Shown here piece by piece: positions 26,601 to 41,472 of a DNA stretch of 64,000 bases (position 1 is its first letter; each line of letters begins with the position of its first letter). The DNA is from Octopus vulgaris. Lineage: Eukaryota. The DNA is taken from the NCBI GenBank assembly GCA_951406725.2, contig OX597827.1, positions 4,526,001 to 4,590,000 on the forward strand. Reading direction: 5' to 3'. Both the position numbers and the translations under genes were made by a program. A model generated the notes under the pieces. The model saw only the letters and a program-made list of their open reading frames with translations. It ran no database searches and had not been told where the DNA came from.

Positions 26601-29600
26601 TTGCATGTGTTAAAATTATGGATATTCTCTTAATGTGTGTTAGAAAAGTGCATTGCACCCTTGTATCCATGAGAAACATCTCAAAGGTTGTGAACAAGAA
26701 GGGTATCCAACCATAAAACGTTACTTCAGGAAACCTAGCCAAATTATACTAGCATGGAAAAGTGAATGTAAAATTAGAAAGATGATGATTACTATTATGA
26801 CTCATTGCATCAAATGTTTCAGATGTTTTATAGGTGAAAGGAACTATATTTTTACCCTTTCAAATTGGTTGATGCATAAAATTTAGGAAATTGGATGCTT
26901 TTTAACATATAGAGGTTAAATATATCAAACGATTAAGTAGATAATTTTCTAACTAAAAATAGACCACATAAAACTCACAGAGACAACAAAATTTCATTTA
27001 CGAATTAATATTCATTTTCAATTGCTAGTTGTATTTCATGCTATAAAATTTCAGGAAATGATCTTGTTGACAAACATATTTTGAAAAATTTAGTTCGAAC
27101 TTAGCCAGCTACCAAAGCATGGTGCATTTATCTTTACCATTAAGATTTTCACTTATTTATACATTACAGCTAATGGAATATATTTCTATCAAGATTTAAG
27201 ATCCATTGAACTTCATATTTTAGGCTTTTACATGAAGTACAAACAGTTTTTGTTCATAAAAAGTAAAATGGACAACATCAAGAGTATATTAACTGCATTT
27301 TTTTCCCTCTTTAAAGTAGGAAATTATGTGATAGCATTGCAATGGAAAAAAAAATCAAAAGAAATGTGGAGGATTGAGTTACCACTCCCACACATTAACT
27401 CGAAATAAATAAGTTGAAATACTTCAGAGAAATTTAAAGGAAATTGAAAGCTATTCCTTTTTCATGATTAAAAGCTGATCATGATACAAAAAATATTGCA
27501 CAGTTGATAAATTGTCAATTTTATAGTAACGATGTATATTCATGATAAATATCGGTGTGATCAGGCCAATTTTCTTTACTTTTGTGGTTAATTGTCCATG
27601 AACATGTGCTTAGTCTTATTGACTTTTGAGAGTTGTGATATTAATGCCGTTTCTCTTATGTAAAGAAAGAGAAAAGACCAAGAATCAAAAATAGTTTGTT
27701 CAAAGTTTGCCATATATATTTATGTTCTGTTTGATCATAATTAATATATTTTAAGGAAGTATATCTTTTTAATGTCTTGAATATACTTAGTTCCTAATCA
27801 CTTCGCTTTGTATGCATGTATCTGTAATAACCAAAAGTAGAAAGAAAATTTACTTTGCACAAATTATCATATAAATATACCTTTAAAGTTCATAAATAAT
27901 TGTTTATTTCTTTATGTGAAATAAAATTTTCAATTATATCGAGTTTTTATAGTTTCTTTACAATCCAATGAGTTAGAGTCACTTACCACAAGAAGGAGCA
28001 ATTATACAATTATCTATTGTTTTGTTAATCTGTGAAAATTTTTTAATCATTAAGGATTCTAATTAACTTGCTTTAATATAATTGAAAGAAGTTTTTTTAA
28101 AATATATGTCAACAATAAGGGAATGGATTATGTCAGTAGCTTAAGAGGAATACATACATATATATATGTATATATATACTGGCTTCTACATTCTTATTTT
28201 ATACCAGCTTTGTTGTAATAGTTGAAGATTGTAGCTATGAGAATTTTGTTAACTTTCCATTTAATTTTGAAGTGTAAAACAAGAAAAAGTAGATATAGTG
28301 ATCAAGTATCAGACGAGGAAAAAAAATTACAAACTGATTTTCATTTTAATATTGTAGATATTTTTGTATTAGTGAAATGGCTCGGTATGTTCATACTTTG
28401 TGAGTGAATACTTCTAGACAGGCCACTTAATTCTAAATGCTTCTGTTCACCTATCTTAATAATATAATACTCTAAAATTCATCTGGAAATATTGTGTGAT
28501 AAAGTGGAGTCCTATCTAGGGGAAGATTCATCTTTCAGCTATCTAATGTTACTGAATCAAGCAAAATATTGCCTTTGAGACTTATAGCTTTCAGAGTCAA
28601 TCAAACATAAAAAAGAATGAAATGTTTTACTCAGTAAGCATTACTATCAGGAACCTAAAATGATAGACAAAAGTGTTCTCTTTAAGATGCTTCTGATTAT
28701 ATCTATGTGATGTATAACAATTGAACAGTCCATCTACTTGTCCTGTAAATGGTGAAGTTAGTTTAATATAATGCTAAGATGTCAGACATAAACACAGTAA
28801 AAGCTACTTAAAGTTACCTTTTATAGCGATATTTACATAAAATAAATAAATCTCCATGATTATTTTAGCTTTCTGTACATAGGATTTTCAAAACAGGGTT
28901 CTCTCTCTTTTTATTTTTCTCTCTGTTTCTCTCTCCCTCTCCTCTCTCTTTTTCTCTCCATCTCCTCCCTCTCTCTATTTCTCTGTGTCTCTCTATTTCT
29001 CTCTCTTTATTTCTCTTTCTCTCTCTCTCTCTTACTCTTAATGTTTTTGTCAATAGAGCACTCCTTTAACAGTCACATTATCTATCTCTAGTAAATATCC
29101 TTTTGAAACCTAGCAACATTGTTAGATGAAGAATAATAGAAAAAAGTATAAAAACTATTTGGAGAGATGAAGGGGATATATGCAAATGTTCTTGAGAGGT
29201 TAAATGGCTGTAAGCTGATGATACTTTCTCAAGATAAAGAGACAATAAACTGGAAAATAAGGAATCTATTTAGTGATGCTCCCAAGAGATAAGAAGTCTG
29301 TATAATGTTTTTAAAGGAGGTTATGAACTGATCATAGCATTCCTACTTCGATGGAGAATACGGATTAGAGTCAGAGAAACTATATTATGTTTGCTGCTAA
29401 AAAGAAAATGAGAATATTTTGGTATTAACATAGATGTAGGAATACTATTTTATGTTTAATTCCAGCTAGGTTTTAATTTTCTCCTGCTACCCATACATAT
29501 TTGAAAAATTGATAGCAGTATTAGTGAAAAATGAAAGTGGAAGAATTTATTTTATGCACTTCCTAATATTAATCTTTTGTGGGGAAACTGCATTTCTTTA

Positions 29601-31539
29601 AATATAATTATGTTCAGCTTCTAATTTAAACAAAAATTAGATATTTTTAAACTCATTTATAAAAAAGCCTATTTTGAGCAACCCAGCTGACAACAGATGT
29701 AAAATGGTTGTTAATCAGTAATCAACTTCTTGTGAACACCTACAAATGCTTTTATCTAAGATTAATTGAAAGATAAAAGAAGACTGTGAAATGCTTCATT
29801 AGTGCTATACAGTTAATTGGAATGTTTGCAATGGCATTTCTTTTCGGTTTAGTAGTTTGTTAATAGATGATTAACGAATAAGTTGATTATGATCTTGACT
29901 AAGATTTTACAAGGAATGACATTCTTACTACTCTCCAGTGAAGGTGAGTAATGGAGCCACATCCATAACAAACATTTCTTGTTAAGACCTTGAGGCAAGA
30001 TTTTTCTGTCTTCATAATGTTAGAAACAGTTGGATGCTAAAAATCTTTACAAGTAGCTTCTTTTGTGAAAGTAACATGTGATAAGTTGACAGTGTCTAAC
30101 ACAAGATGGGTTCGTCAATTCTAAAAGAATCTAATTATCGGGAATGTTATATCAACAAAGCATCTAATGAATTCAAGACGGATATTGATTAAACTTGACG
30201 TGAATTCTATTGCTATCTTCACTTGTCTCTTATTATGGTACATAAAAATATTTTAAAGTTATTCATATCAATGCATAATCAAAAAGGCTTAAATCTAAAA
30301 GGTCAGTAATAATTTACTGGGGAATTTTAACGGCTCTGCAAAGGAAGCTGTCACAATAAGAAGAAAATATTTTATGCAATAAGGTGGAAAATTGTTTTTT
30401 TAATATTAAAAAACTCAGAAGAATAAACTTAATGATGAGTGAAATTATATTCAAATATAAAACTGCTGAGATAATATATTTCTATATTTTCTCTGTAATT
30501 TCGAAATAAGTGAATCTCCATCTTGTGTGTATAGACATTCACATGCATCCACACTTAAGAATTCATATAATAATGCATATTGATTGAATATTTGCCATTT
30601 AACAATTTAATTATCAATTTTAAAATAAAATACTTCACAAGAAAAAAGAGTGTTTGTATCTGTGTTCAAGAAATATTTTTAGAATAACATGTTTTAATGA
30701 CTTTGAAGTGCTCATATATCAGGAAGTATTTCACATCTCTGCTACCATTATCATATTCTTGATATATATATATCATATATATACACACATGAAAGAAGAG
30801 CATTGTAGCTTGAAGATTTGTATTAAGACGTGAAGATGGAGAATCTTACAATGTGAAAAGCTTACTAATCTTACATATCAAATGCGTGTGTCAATCTGCA
30901 TATATATAACATATATAAAATTCCTTTTGGAATGGTGTCACCTGAAGCAGATAAAACTCTGAATAATCATATGTAAAAGTTGGGTAAAAAATTCTTTGGA
31001 CTGAAAAAATTGAAGGCTGCCCATGGGACATGAACCATATCTTCAGTAAATATGACAGAAGCCATCGACTTTTTCTAACCAAAAGGTTTTTTTAACCTAA
31101 TATTTACACACTATTATTTATAGCTTTGTCTGCTTTGAGTTTCACTGCTCCAACAAAGAATTATTTCACTTCTCTTGGAATTTATAAATTCTTATGACAT
31201 CAACAAAACACACCCACACACATGTGTGGGTAAACAGTTTCTTTTTAATGGCTAGCATATAATATAGTTTCTCCAACTCTGAACCTTCAATATTATATAT
31301 GGCTGTATATTTGAATGTATGCATGTATGCTTTTTTTTATTACTTAGCTATGGACAAAAGGTGGTGAGACCCACACTTTATAGGCTTCTGTGACTAATAG
31401 AAGAAAAGGAAGAAGTTATCTTCAAACCAGAAACCAGGCCTGGATAACTACAACAAAACAAATTCGGCTAAAGTATCTGAGAACCAGGTAGAAATGTTTA
31501 ACTGGGTAACATATTAAGTCTACCTCTGAATTAGGCTAA

Positions 31540-31770
31540 AGTTGAATTTGAACTCAGAATACAAAGAACCAGAATAAAAACTACAAGGCATCCTAGACAA
31601 TGCCCTAACAATTCTGCCAGTCGACTACCTAGCCTGGTATTGTATTTATTGACCCAAGAGGGATGAAAGTTAGGGCTAGCCTTGACAGGATTTGAACTGA
31701 GAATACAAGAAGCCAGAATAAATACCACAGTACATTTCATTTGCTGCTCTAATGATTGTTCTAATTTGCC
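31540..31770 (-). mobile_element. Two decayed family D SINE fragments
   Basis: ATTTGAACTCAGAA and GGGATGAAAG..TTGAC..GATTTGAACT motifs, reverse of the 33897 copy. Confidence 0.6.
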
Positions 31771-31782
31771 CCTTACAATGCA

Positions 31783-31813
<31 letters not shown>

Positions 31814-32557
31814 GTGTGTGTGTATGTGTGTGCACATATGTTTATGTTAACAATCTCTCATGGAATTTTTATCTCTCCGAAGTAGTCGTATTTCAAGAAG
31901 CCAAAATGCCTATTGGTGGTATTAAAAGTAATTCAACTGGAGAGAGTGTGAAAACCTGTTGGGTTACTGCAAACATCTTCACTCATTTAGGTCAAAGAAT
32001 TGGGAAAATTCCACATCTTTGTCTCAACTCATCAGGAAACTCAAGGATCAAAAATGTGAGTGTCCTCCTTAGAGCACTTTTAATAACAAAAGACACAAAA
32101 GATTTCAAAAAAATACACAAACTGGCTGGATTTGTCTAAGAGAAAGTATCTAGATATGAAAGCAACCAGTGATATTCCTAACCAGAGGATTGAGATATTA
32201 TTTAATTGACATCATTTGAAGAGTTTGCTTCTAAATACTTGCAATCTCCAGGCTTACTGACGCAAATTGTTGCCTGTGGATTTAATGAGCTTTGCATATT
32301 ACTTGTACTTGATGTCCAAGCACTTTGCTTAGATACTGTCCTTCATACTAGTGTAGTCTAGTTAAATTTTGATAGCAAAAATGTAACCTACATTGAGAAT
32401 TGAGAATCAGCCTACCAAATGCTTTGGGGACGTTAGTTTCATCACCTATATAATAATTTCTGATTAATCATGCATGGCATTTATATGTGTAGAAATTCAA
32501 GGTAGTAATATATCGTTATTTGATGTTCTACATGTTATTCACCCAATGTTTCATCAT

Positions 32558-32601
<44 letters not shown>

Positions 32602-32605
<4 letters not shown>

Positions 32606-32760
32606 GGAGAGTTTACGAAGAAAACAAAAGACGAAGACAGGTGGTGTACAAAACAAACAGATGTATTAGTATAACGCTCAGGAATAGGAAAAAATCTTTT
32701 ACATTTCGAGCCTACGCTCTTCTACAGAAAGGGACACTGAAGAAACAAGGAGAGAAAGAG
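32602..32760 (-). mobile_element. PLE-terminus-like repeat with a variant hammerhead motif
   Basis: Minus strand of 32696-32731: CTTT-CTGTAGA-A-GAGC gtag GCTC-GAAA-TG-TA-AAAG; abuts (TA)n. Confidence 0.55.
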
Positions 32761-33896
32761 TGTATGTGTGTGTATATGAGTATGTATGTTTGTGTGTAAT
32801 ATTGGTGTATGTGTGCATGCGTTGTCTTGTTTTTCTTGTTACTTCTGGTGTTTGTACTGTTGTTAAGATGAGTATAAATGATTATCTTGCTATGTACCAA
32901 TGGATGAAGGTGCAGGTAGAGGTGCAGTAGTGGTTATTGGTGGCTGTAAGAATGGTAGTAATAGTAACATTACAAATAGTGGAGTTTTTATGGATCAGTA
33001 GATGTCTAATCAGAATATCATTATGATAGTTTTGTTAACATTTCTATGGTCAGATGTAAATTAAATTGGTCTTGTATTTTTGAAGTGATTCTGGAAAGAG
33101 TTTCAATATAAACTACAAGAACTTAAATCATTGCACATTGGTGGAAATAATGTGACACTAAAAGAAAGTCTGATGCTAATGTCTGCAAAGTTAGATACTA
33201 TGAGAAAAATAATTCCAAAACTTTTAAGGTGTCCAAAATAAGAGGAAGTATAAAACATTTAGTTATTTATGTTCTTGGAAAAGTTGACATGGTTTGAGTT
33301 GATTCACATTCAGTTACTGCCTTTCCAGAAGGATTGGGTGACCATGTATTACTTGTGCTTACTATCTTTGGAATGGTTTCAATGGCATGATGCCTTTCTT
33401 AATACCAATCACTTTACCCAGTGTATTTGGTGCATTTTATTATGGCAGCAACTCTTGTGAGGTGCTTTGTACCCTTGAGACAAAGGAGTCTTCATTAATC
33501 TTTGCTGTCTCCTGTTCAGGATGTGTAGAAGATGAACTGAGTTAACTAGAAAGAGGCAAGAGTATGATGGAGGAAAACTGACTGGGAGTGTGAGTAGTGT
33601 AGAAGGAGAGGAAAAATAGGTTAGCTGTTTCCAGGGGTAATGGTAGTATGTGATAAATGTTAAAACTGAATTAGCTGGTGAGAGAAAATGTGAATGATGA
33701 TGGTCAAGATGGTGATGGCAATAAGAAATTGACCTGCGGGAGAAGATGGTACAGGAGAATAGAAGGATATATACCTACATATCTAATGCAATCCATTATT
33801 ACACATAGTAGTTGGAGAGAGTCATAGAGAGAAATGGATTGTGATATACACAAATATACATGCACTCACAGACATACATAAATATATGCTTATGTG

Positions 33897-34072
33897 AGGT
33901 GGTGAGCTGGAAGAAACATTAAAATGCTTAGCGGTATTTTGTCTGTTTTTACATTATGAGTTCAAATTCTGCCGAGGTCGACTTCGTCTTTCATCCTTTC
34001 AGGGTTGATAAATTAAGTACCAGTTTGTCCCTCCCCCAAAATTTTGGGCCTTGTGCCTAGAGTAAAAAAGAA
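33897..34072 (+). mobile_element. SINE family D (internally deleted)
   Basis: GGTGAGCTGG head, GAGTTCAAATTC B-box and CTTTCATCCTTTCAGGGTTGATAAATTAAGTACCAG domain; relics also near 1345, 1970, 6470 and 15450. Confidence 0.75.
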
Positions 34073-35910
34073 TATATATGCTTGTGTGTGTGTGTGTGTA
34101 TATATATATATTTTTTTTTTTCTCACATACACGCACACTTACATATACATACAAACATTCATACTTACATAGATATAAACTCCAAGGCAACAGACAGTTC
34201 TCTTTATTTTGGCACTAAATCTGTTGTCATTTCTATTACAAAAATTCAAAATGGAATAATGTGAAATGAATTTCCTCTACCATTGAGTCATGTGTTGCAA
34301 TTGGAGTGTTTTGCATTTGTAGTAAGATACACCAATTTAACCCATAACTTTTTGTAAATGGGCAAAAGGTCTATCTTAGAAATAATTTTTCTACTAATTA
34401 AGGATTGAATTTGACTAAAAGAAGTATTTTGGATGAAAGTTGCAAGTAGAAATACTGTTTCCCTTACTCAAAGCACTTGCACCAATGGTTTCTGTGTCTC
34501 CCCAGTTCCACACAGTGAATGGAACATATACATAGTATTAATGAAAATGTCTCCTACAAAGGTGGTGTGAATAAAGGTGGAATAGTATATTAGATTTCAA
34601 AAGAAAACAAAAAATATGGCAATTGGAGCTTCCCACTTACAAGATAATGTCCCGCTTGCATTTGCACTACCATCCTGGAGTTAGGTATGCTTGAATTGTC
34701 TCTATAAAAATCCATTCCATACATATTAAAATCTGCTATATCCTGACACTAATTTACACAGTGAAAGTTCTATGTTAATAGAAAACTGAGGAAAATTCAG
34801 ACAGCCTTTGAGTGTCATATATATACTATCAGTTACACAGCATGACAGCAAAAAATCAGTCAAGACAACAATATCACATGGATTGGTAATGCTCACTTCT
34901 TGATAACCTTCCTTGCAAGCCCAGAATTGCTGGGTTTAGCACTCCTCAGCAAAAACTTGGAGGTGAAAAATTCTGCATATTACAAAAAAACTTGTACATG
35001 GGTATTTTGAACTTGTGGCTGATACATAAAGTCACATTTCAAAGGTAATGCTTTTGAAATTGAAGAGCAGCAGATAGAAGTGAAATATCTGATGAACAAA
35101 AGAGATAGCGAAGCTCTTAAACCCTTCAGAAGCTGCTAAAACTGTTGATTAGGTCAGATTTCTATAGAAGATATTACACGTAATAAGCAGGTGTTCCACG
35201 CTATAGAGATCCTGGCTCCCATTGTAGCAAGATGTTGCAGAAACAAAACAACTCTAAACAGAGTAAAAAGTGCTCAGGTATAAATATAGAGAATAACTCT
35301 GGGGTTAAATACATGCATAACACCAGAGTGAACATTAGTGGAACAATCTCATTAAAATTTCTATGAAGCCTAAGCGTAATAGCCTTGATATAGATATCTG
35401 GTAACTGGGATAGAAAAGAATCCTCTTGTACAATCATAGAGGTTAGCTGTCCTGCATATGTGAATATTTCTTCTAAAATCAATGAGAAGGAGAGTATTTA
35501 TGGCCAATTACTTTGCGATCTGTAACTTCTCTGCCTGAGCTATAAATTCACATTCATAATTATTCATGCACTTGACTGCATTTGACTATCTTGTGAAACG
35601 TTTAAGTGGCAGTATAAAGAAAAATAAGGTTTGCAAGTGAAGTAAAATAATAATAAAAAAAAAAGGAAGCAGGTAAAACACAATTCACAAAAAACACCCT
35701 GAAAACAGAAATATATAAATATACAAAACTTTTCTGAAGTTTTGCATATCCGAATTTCCAGTGATTCAAGTAGGAATAGGACGATAATCACACGCACATA
35801 CACACACACACACACACACATGCACGCACGCATGCCTGCACACACAGACACACACACACACACACACAATATACACACATATAACAAACAATACACACAC
35901 ACAATGCACA

Positions 35911-36215
35911 CTGCATGGCAAGAAGCTTGCTTCCCAATCACATGGTTTCAGGTTCAGTCCCACTGCATGACACTTTCAGTAAATTTGGTAGATGGAAAGA
36001 AGCTCACCATATGTATATATATATATATGTATGTGTGTGTCTTTGTGTTTGTCCCCCACCACAACTTGACAACCAGTGTTGGTGTGCTTACATCCTTGTA
36101 AGTACCATGCTTTAAAAAAAAAAGATATAAATACTAGGGCTGATTCATTTGACTAAAAGTTCTTCAATGTGGTACCCTAAAATGGCTGCAGTCTGATAAA
36201 TAAGTAAAAGATAAA
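35911..36215 (+). mobile_element. Older, CpG-decayed SINE family A copy
   Basis: GGTTCAGTCCCACTG, ATTTGGTAGATGGAA, TTTGTCCCCC and GCTGCAGTC tail. Confidence 0.8.
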
Positions 36216-36221
36216 AAAAGG

Positions 36222-36520
36222 ACATGGCTTAGTGAGTTTGATTCTCAAACCTGGCTGTGTGTTGTGTTCTTGAGCAAGACACTTTATTTCACATTGCTCC
36301 AGTTCACTCAGATGTAGAAATGCGTTGTGACACTGGTGCCAAGCTGTATCGGCCTTTGCCTTTCTCTTGGATAATGTCATTGGTATGGAGATAGTAAGCT
36401 GGTATGCATGGGAGACTGCTGGGCTTCCATAAACAACCTTGATGAGACTTGTGCCTTGGAGGGTAACTTTCTAGGTGCAATCCCATTGTCCTTCATGATC
36501 AACAGAGATCTTTAGCTTTT
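36222..36520 (+). mobile_element. SINE related to family C with a different 3' half
   Basis: GTGTTCTTGAGCAAGACACTTTATTTCACATTGCTCCAGTTCACTCAG matches 8730-8777. Confidence 0.7.
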
Positions 36521-37164
36521 ACCCTTTTATACACACATACACATTCACACACATTCACACACATATAGGTAGTATCAAAAGTTTCCATAGAAAGTTAGAA
36601 TTGAAAGAGGAACACTCTATATAGTCAACAGAATTACTCTCAGAATTACTCTCCACTTCAGACTGTTGCAGACATGATTATGTGGTTAAGAATTTTGTTC
36701 CCTAACTACATGGTTTTGGGGTTTCAGTCAAATTATGCGGTACCTTAAGCATCCATCATAATAAGACTTTACAAAATACAAAATGGATCATGATACGAAA
36801 TGATAGTGAGACATTTGTACATCAACAGATTTAAGTGACAAAAGTTTGTACCACACTTTTCCCAGTCTCTTGACTGCAATAGTAAGTTCTAGTAACAAGC
36901 ATTGCAAGATGACTGGTACTATTTTGCCTGCAAGTTTTATGTCAGCGTCTCTTTCTCCTAGAAGAGCTGCCTTCTTCATGGCTTTGTCAGAAATAACAGT
37001 TTAATATCCTGGGTATGACATCAAACTGCATGCAGTGGTGAGGCTCCATCTCTTGAGTATTGAGTCATCTCTTAATTACCATTATTACCAGGCCTGTTCT
37101 GACCTGGAATGGTAGTACCTATCAGGATCCCATCTATGGGTTAAATAGATTTTCTAGGGGTAGT

Positions 37165-37500
37165 GATACCAGTGCCAGTGGCACATAAGAGAGCCATCCG
37201 AACGTGGCCGTTGCAAGCACCGCCCCGACTGGCCTCCATGCTGGTGGCACATAAAAAAGCTCCATTCGATCATGGCTGTTGCTAGCCACGTCTGGCACCT
37301 GCGCCGGTGGCATGTAAAAAGCACCCACTACACTCAGGGAGTGGTTGGCGTTAGGAAGGGCATCCAGTCGTAGAAACATTGCCAGATCAGACTGGGCCTG
37401 GTGCAGCCTTCTGGCTTCTCAGACCCCAGTTGAACCGTCCAACCCATGCTAGCATGGAGAGTGGACGTTAAACGATGATGATGATGATGATGATGATGAT
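37165..37500 (+). mobile_element. RTE 3'UTR-derived short element
   Basis: Three TGCC(A/G)GTGGCAC..AAAAGC-type units, GTTGGCGTTAGGAAGGGCATCCAG and a (GAT)n tail; matches the 3' end of the RTE at 39476. Confidence 0.85.
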
Positions 37501-37940
37501 TTACATATACCTTTCTTTTATCGTAAGGAATGACTTATTTCCTATGATGCTAACTTCATAAATTAACTACAATTACTCTGTCATTCATTTCCTTTCCACC
37601 TTCTCTTCATCTGTCTTTATGATCCAAAATAAGTGTGTCAAATCTCTCTCTTTCTCTCTGCCTCACTCTAAATGATGTGAAATGTAGCTGGAGAAACCAA
37701 CCAACCAACCAACCAAGATTATATAGGCTATTATTACTTTGATACGTTGTATGCATGTGTGTTTATGTGTGTATGTAAACACTTGTCCAGGTATGCACGT
37801 ATATTAATAGATAGATAGACAGATACATATCTTTACATAGTTAATTTTTTACAGTTCTTACAATTTTACTGGAATATATTCTACTTTGTGTATGTACAAA
37901 TACTCCCAATTTTACAAGACTATATATTAGTGTGTGTGTG

Positions 37941-37982
<42 letters not shown>

Positions 37983-39436
37983 CGTACACACACACACCTT
38001 GTAACACGTGATATGTATGCTCACCATTAGCCTGATAAAAAGATAAGCATGCATACACATAAGATCTTTTAGTATATATGTATTTTTTTTTGCGGGGGGG
38101 GGGAGACTGTATAAAATAATGGCCTATTTTCTTTTTGTTTTTTATTTTTCCTTCCTACCAGGAAGAACAATACTCACTTTTGACGAAATTTTATAGCTCT
38201 GTCTGAATAAATGAATTAAAGATGTTTATCTGATGGTTGAATATACTGAGTCGAATATAAATTAACTGCTTTCAGCTTTACTATTCTCCTATATTGGAAA
38301 AGGAACAAAGAATATTTGGCTATATTAGAATGTGATCATATAGCTTGCATTCAGAACCAGTCATGCAATGAACAATTTGAAACAGAATAGACAATCGAAG
38401 AGTTACAGAGGGACTGAATAACCTTACAAGTAATCCAATACAGAAAGCAGAGTAGAATTTTATGCTACAAAGACTGATTTATTTATTTATTTATTTTTAG
38501 CCAATGATTTATATCTTTGGAAAGGAAAGACTTAAAGAAGGCTTTGTTGGAGTTAAAAAGAATAAATTGGTCAGTATTTCTTTACAGAGAACAAATTAGT
38601 CATTTTAGTAGCTTTTATTGCGATACACAAATTTGTATGGATTTCCACACTTGGGAAGTTAATTTAGTCTTTCCTATGAAACCCATGATGGTGTCAGTTC
38701 TGACTATAAATTAATGAGTTCACTGAATATATTCATTAGGTATTAATTATATTTAATTTGGAGATCTTTGTCTTATGATCTGAGAAAATGATTAGACTTA
38801 AAACAGTTTCTTTTGTTAGTTCCATTTTCCATTAAACAAGTATTTATTATACAAATGACTGAAACATATTCAGTTTGATAATTGAAAGATTCAAAGTGTT
38901 TTAAGAGCAACAGACATCAATTTAATGTCATAGAGTCACTTTACTAGTTTTAAATTAACTATTTTCCACATAGTAAATCAACTAATCTGAGTATTGAATC
39001 AAATTCCATTTGAACAGATATTGAAATATTGCAGTCTATTTTTAATTTTGTAAGATGAAATGTTGCTTTTGAATAAAATCTTTAATGTTAAATTGATTTA
39101 CTATGAAGGTTTTTCTACTTATAAAATTCTCTTTATTATTTCAAAAATCATAACAATTATAAAATTCAAAATTGAGTTGTTTCAAACTAGATGTATATGC
39201 AGTTAATCAATGTGAAAGTTTGTTGAGAAAAATTTCTTTTAGTGTGTATATATGTGTGTGTCTGTCAGTGTATATATATATCTACACACACATGCACACA
39301 AATATAAAGGTTTATATGTACTTGTATGTATATGCACATATATATGTATGTGTATATATGTATATGCATGTATATATATATATGCATATGCATGTGTATA
39401 TATGTGTGGATATATATAGATATGCATGTGTATATG

Positions 39437-39475
<39 letters not shown>

Positions 39476-39477
<2 letters not shown>

Positions 39478-40725
39478 TCATCATCATCATCGTTGTGTAA
39501 TGTCCGCTTTCAATGCTGGCATGGGTTGGATGGTTTGACTGGGGACTGGCAAGCCAGAAGGCTGTACCAGGCTCTAGTCTGAGCTGGCAAGGTTTCTACA
39601 GCTGGATGCCCTTCCTAATGCCAAGCACTCCGAGTGTATAGTGGGTGCTTTTTTGCGCTGCCACCGGCATGAGGGCCAGTCGGGCATTACTGGCATTGAC
39701 CATGCTTGAACAGTGCTTTTTACATGCCACTGGCACAGGAGCCAGTCAGGTGGCACTAACAATGATCACACTTGAATGGTATTTTTATGTGCCAATCAGG
39801 CGGTACTGTCATCAGACATGACAATGACTTCATTTGACACAACAGGTCTTCGCAAGCACAGTTTATTGCCCTCTGATTGAAGGGTACTCTTAAATGTGCT
39901 GGTTATGCTGCACTGGCATAGGCCACGGTTACACTCCCACTTGGCTTGCCAGGTCTTCTTAAGCACAGCATATCTCCAAAGGTCTCGGTCTCTTGTCATT
40001 GCCTCTGTGAAGCCCAATGTTTGAAGGTCGTGCTTCACCACCTCATCGCAGGTCTTCCTGGGTCTAACCTCTTCCACAGGTTCCCTCTACTGCTAGGGTG
40101 TGACACTTTTTCATGCAGCTGTTTTCATACATTCACAACACATGGCCATACCAGTGCAGTCGTCTCTCTTGCACACCACATCTGATGCTTCTTAGATCTA
40201 CCTTTTCTCTCAGTTAGTATTACAAATATAAACCATAAGATCATTTGCATCACAGAACTACAGTGGCCTGGTTCCCTCCTCATTGTGGGAAGCAAAACCA
40301 TAGCCTCCATGGAAGCCCCCTGCATGTTGTCCAACATGCCCATTGAAGTTGCCAGCCACAAAGAGTAGGTCCCAGTCATTCGTTGACGAGATAGCCTGCA
40401 AGAGGGTGTCATAAAATCGGTCTGGCTGAGGGGCATAGGCCGAGATAATGGTTGCTAACCATGTTGCAGCACTAATTTAATCCTAAGTATTCTATCAAAG
40501 ACTCTGACCTTAATTACCTTATCAACCCATCTCTCCACTAGAAGTATACCCATGTCCCCCGAACCTGTCAGTGTTCCCTGCCCAGAAAATTTTATACCTA
40601 TGTCCTTTGAGAAACCTAGCAGAACTTCCTCTCCACCTTACTACTTGGATGCAGCACAAATCTACATGTCTCCATTCAAGCATCTCAACAATTTCACCAG
40701 ACCTACCTTCCAGTTTGCTCTTCAT
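39476..40725 (-). mobile_element. Internally deleted RTE-clade LINE
   Basis: N-terminal endonuclease GRSGEIVEMLEWRHVDLCCIQVVRWRG..YKIFWAGN and C-terminal RPRKTCDEVVKHDL..MTRDRDLWR, followed by the 3'UTR and (GAT)n tail; the RT core is missing. Confidence 0.88.
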
Positions 40726-41033
40726 TCCATAGAAGAAAAAAATTCAAATTGGACCATGTTAAGACCAAAAATTATTTACATCGAAAAGGTGCTTTTTTTC
40801 TATGAAAATCCTTATTTTTTACGATTTTTTGACTGCTGTGTCACAATTTTTTGGTTGTATTTCAACCAGAAAAATGTTCACTTAAAGAGAATAACAAGCT
40901 ACATAATGCAAAATTTTTACTTTTCAAAAAAGATTGAAACTATGTCAAAACTTTGTTAATGCAACATCAAAGTCTGCCGTTTTAAGTGCAAACTAAAAAA
41001 CAAACCCAATGTAACGCAAGGCTATACTGCTGG
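40726..41033 (+). mobile_element. 5'-truncated non-autonomous Helitron
   Basis: Reverse complement of the 41970 copy; ends AACCCAATGTAACGCAAGGCTATACTGCTGGT (decayed hairpin + CTAG). Confidence 0.75.
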
Positions 41034-41195
41034 TATATATGTATATGTCATCGTTTAATGTCCATTTTCCATGCTGGTGTGGGTTATATGTATATATATG
41101 TATATGCATATCTATATATATATATATAGATAGATAGATTAGATAGATATGTATATATATATATAGATAGATATGAATATATATATAGATAGATA

Positions 41196-41257
<62 letters not shown>

Positions 41258-41270
41258 ATATGTATATATG

Positions 41271-41317
<47 letters not shown>

Positions 41318-41332
41318 ATATGTATATATATG

Positions 41333-41363
<31 letters not shown>

Positions 41364-41417
41364 ATATATGTATATATATATAGATATGTATATATGTATA
41401 TATATATATATATATGG

Positions 41418-41452
<35 letters not shown>

Positions 41453-41472
41453 TATATATGGATATGTATATA

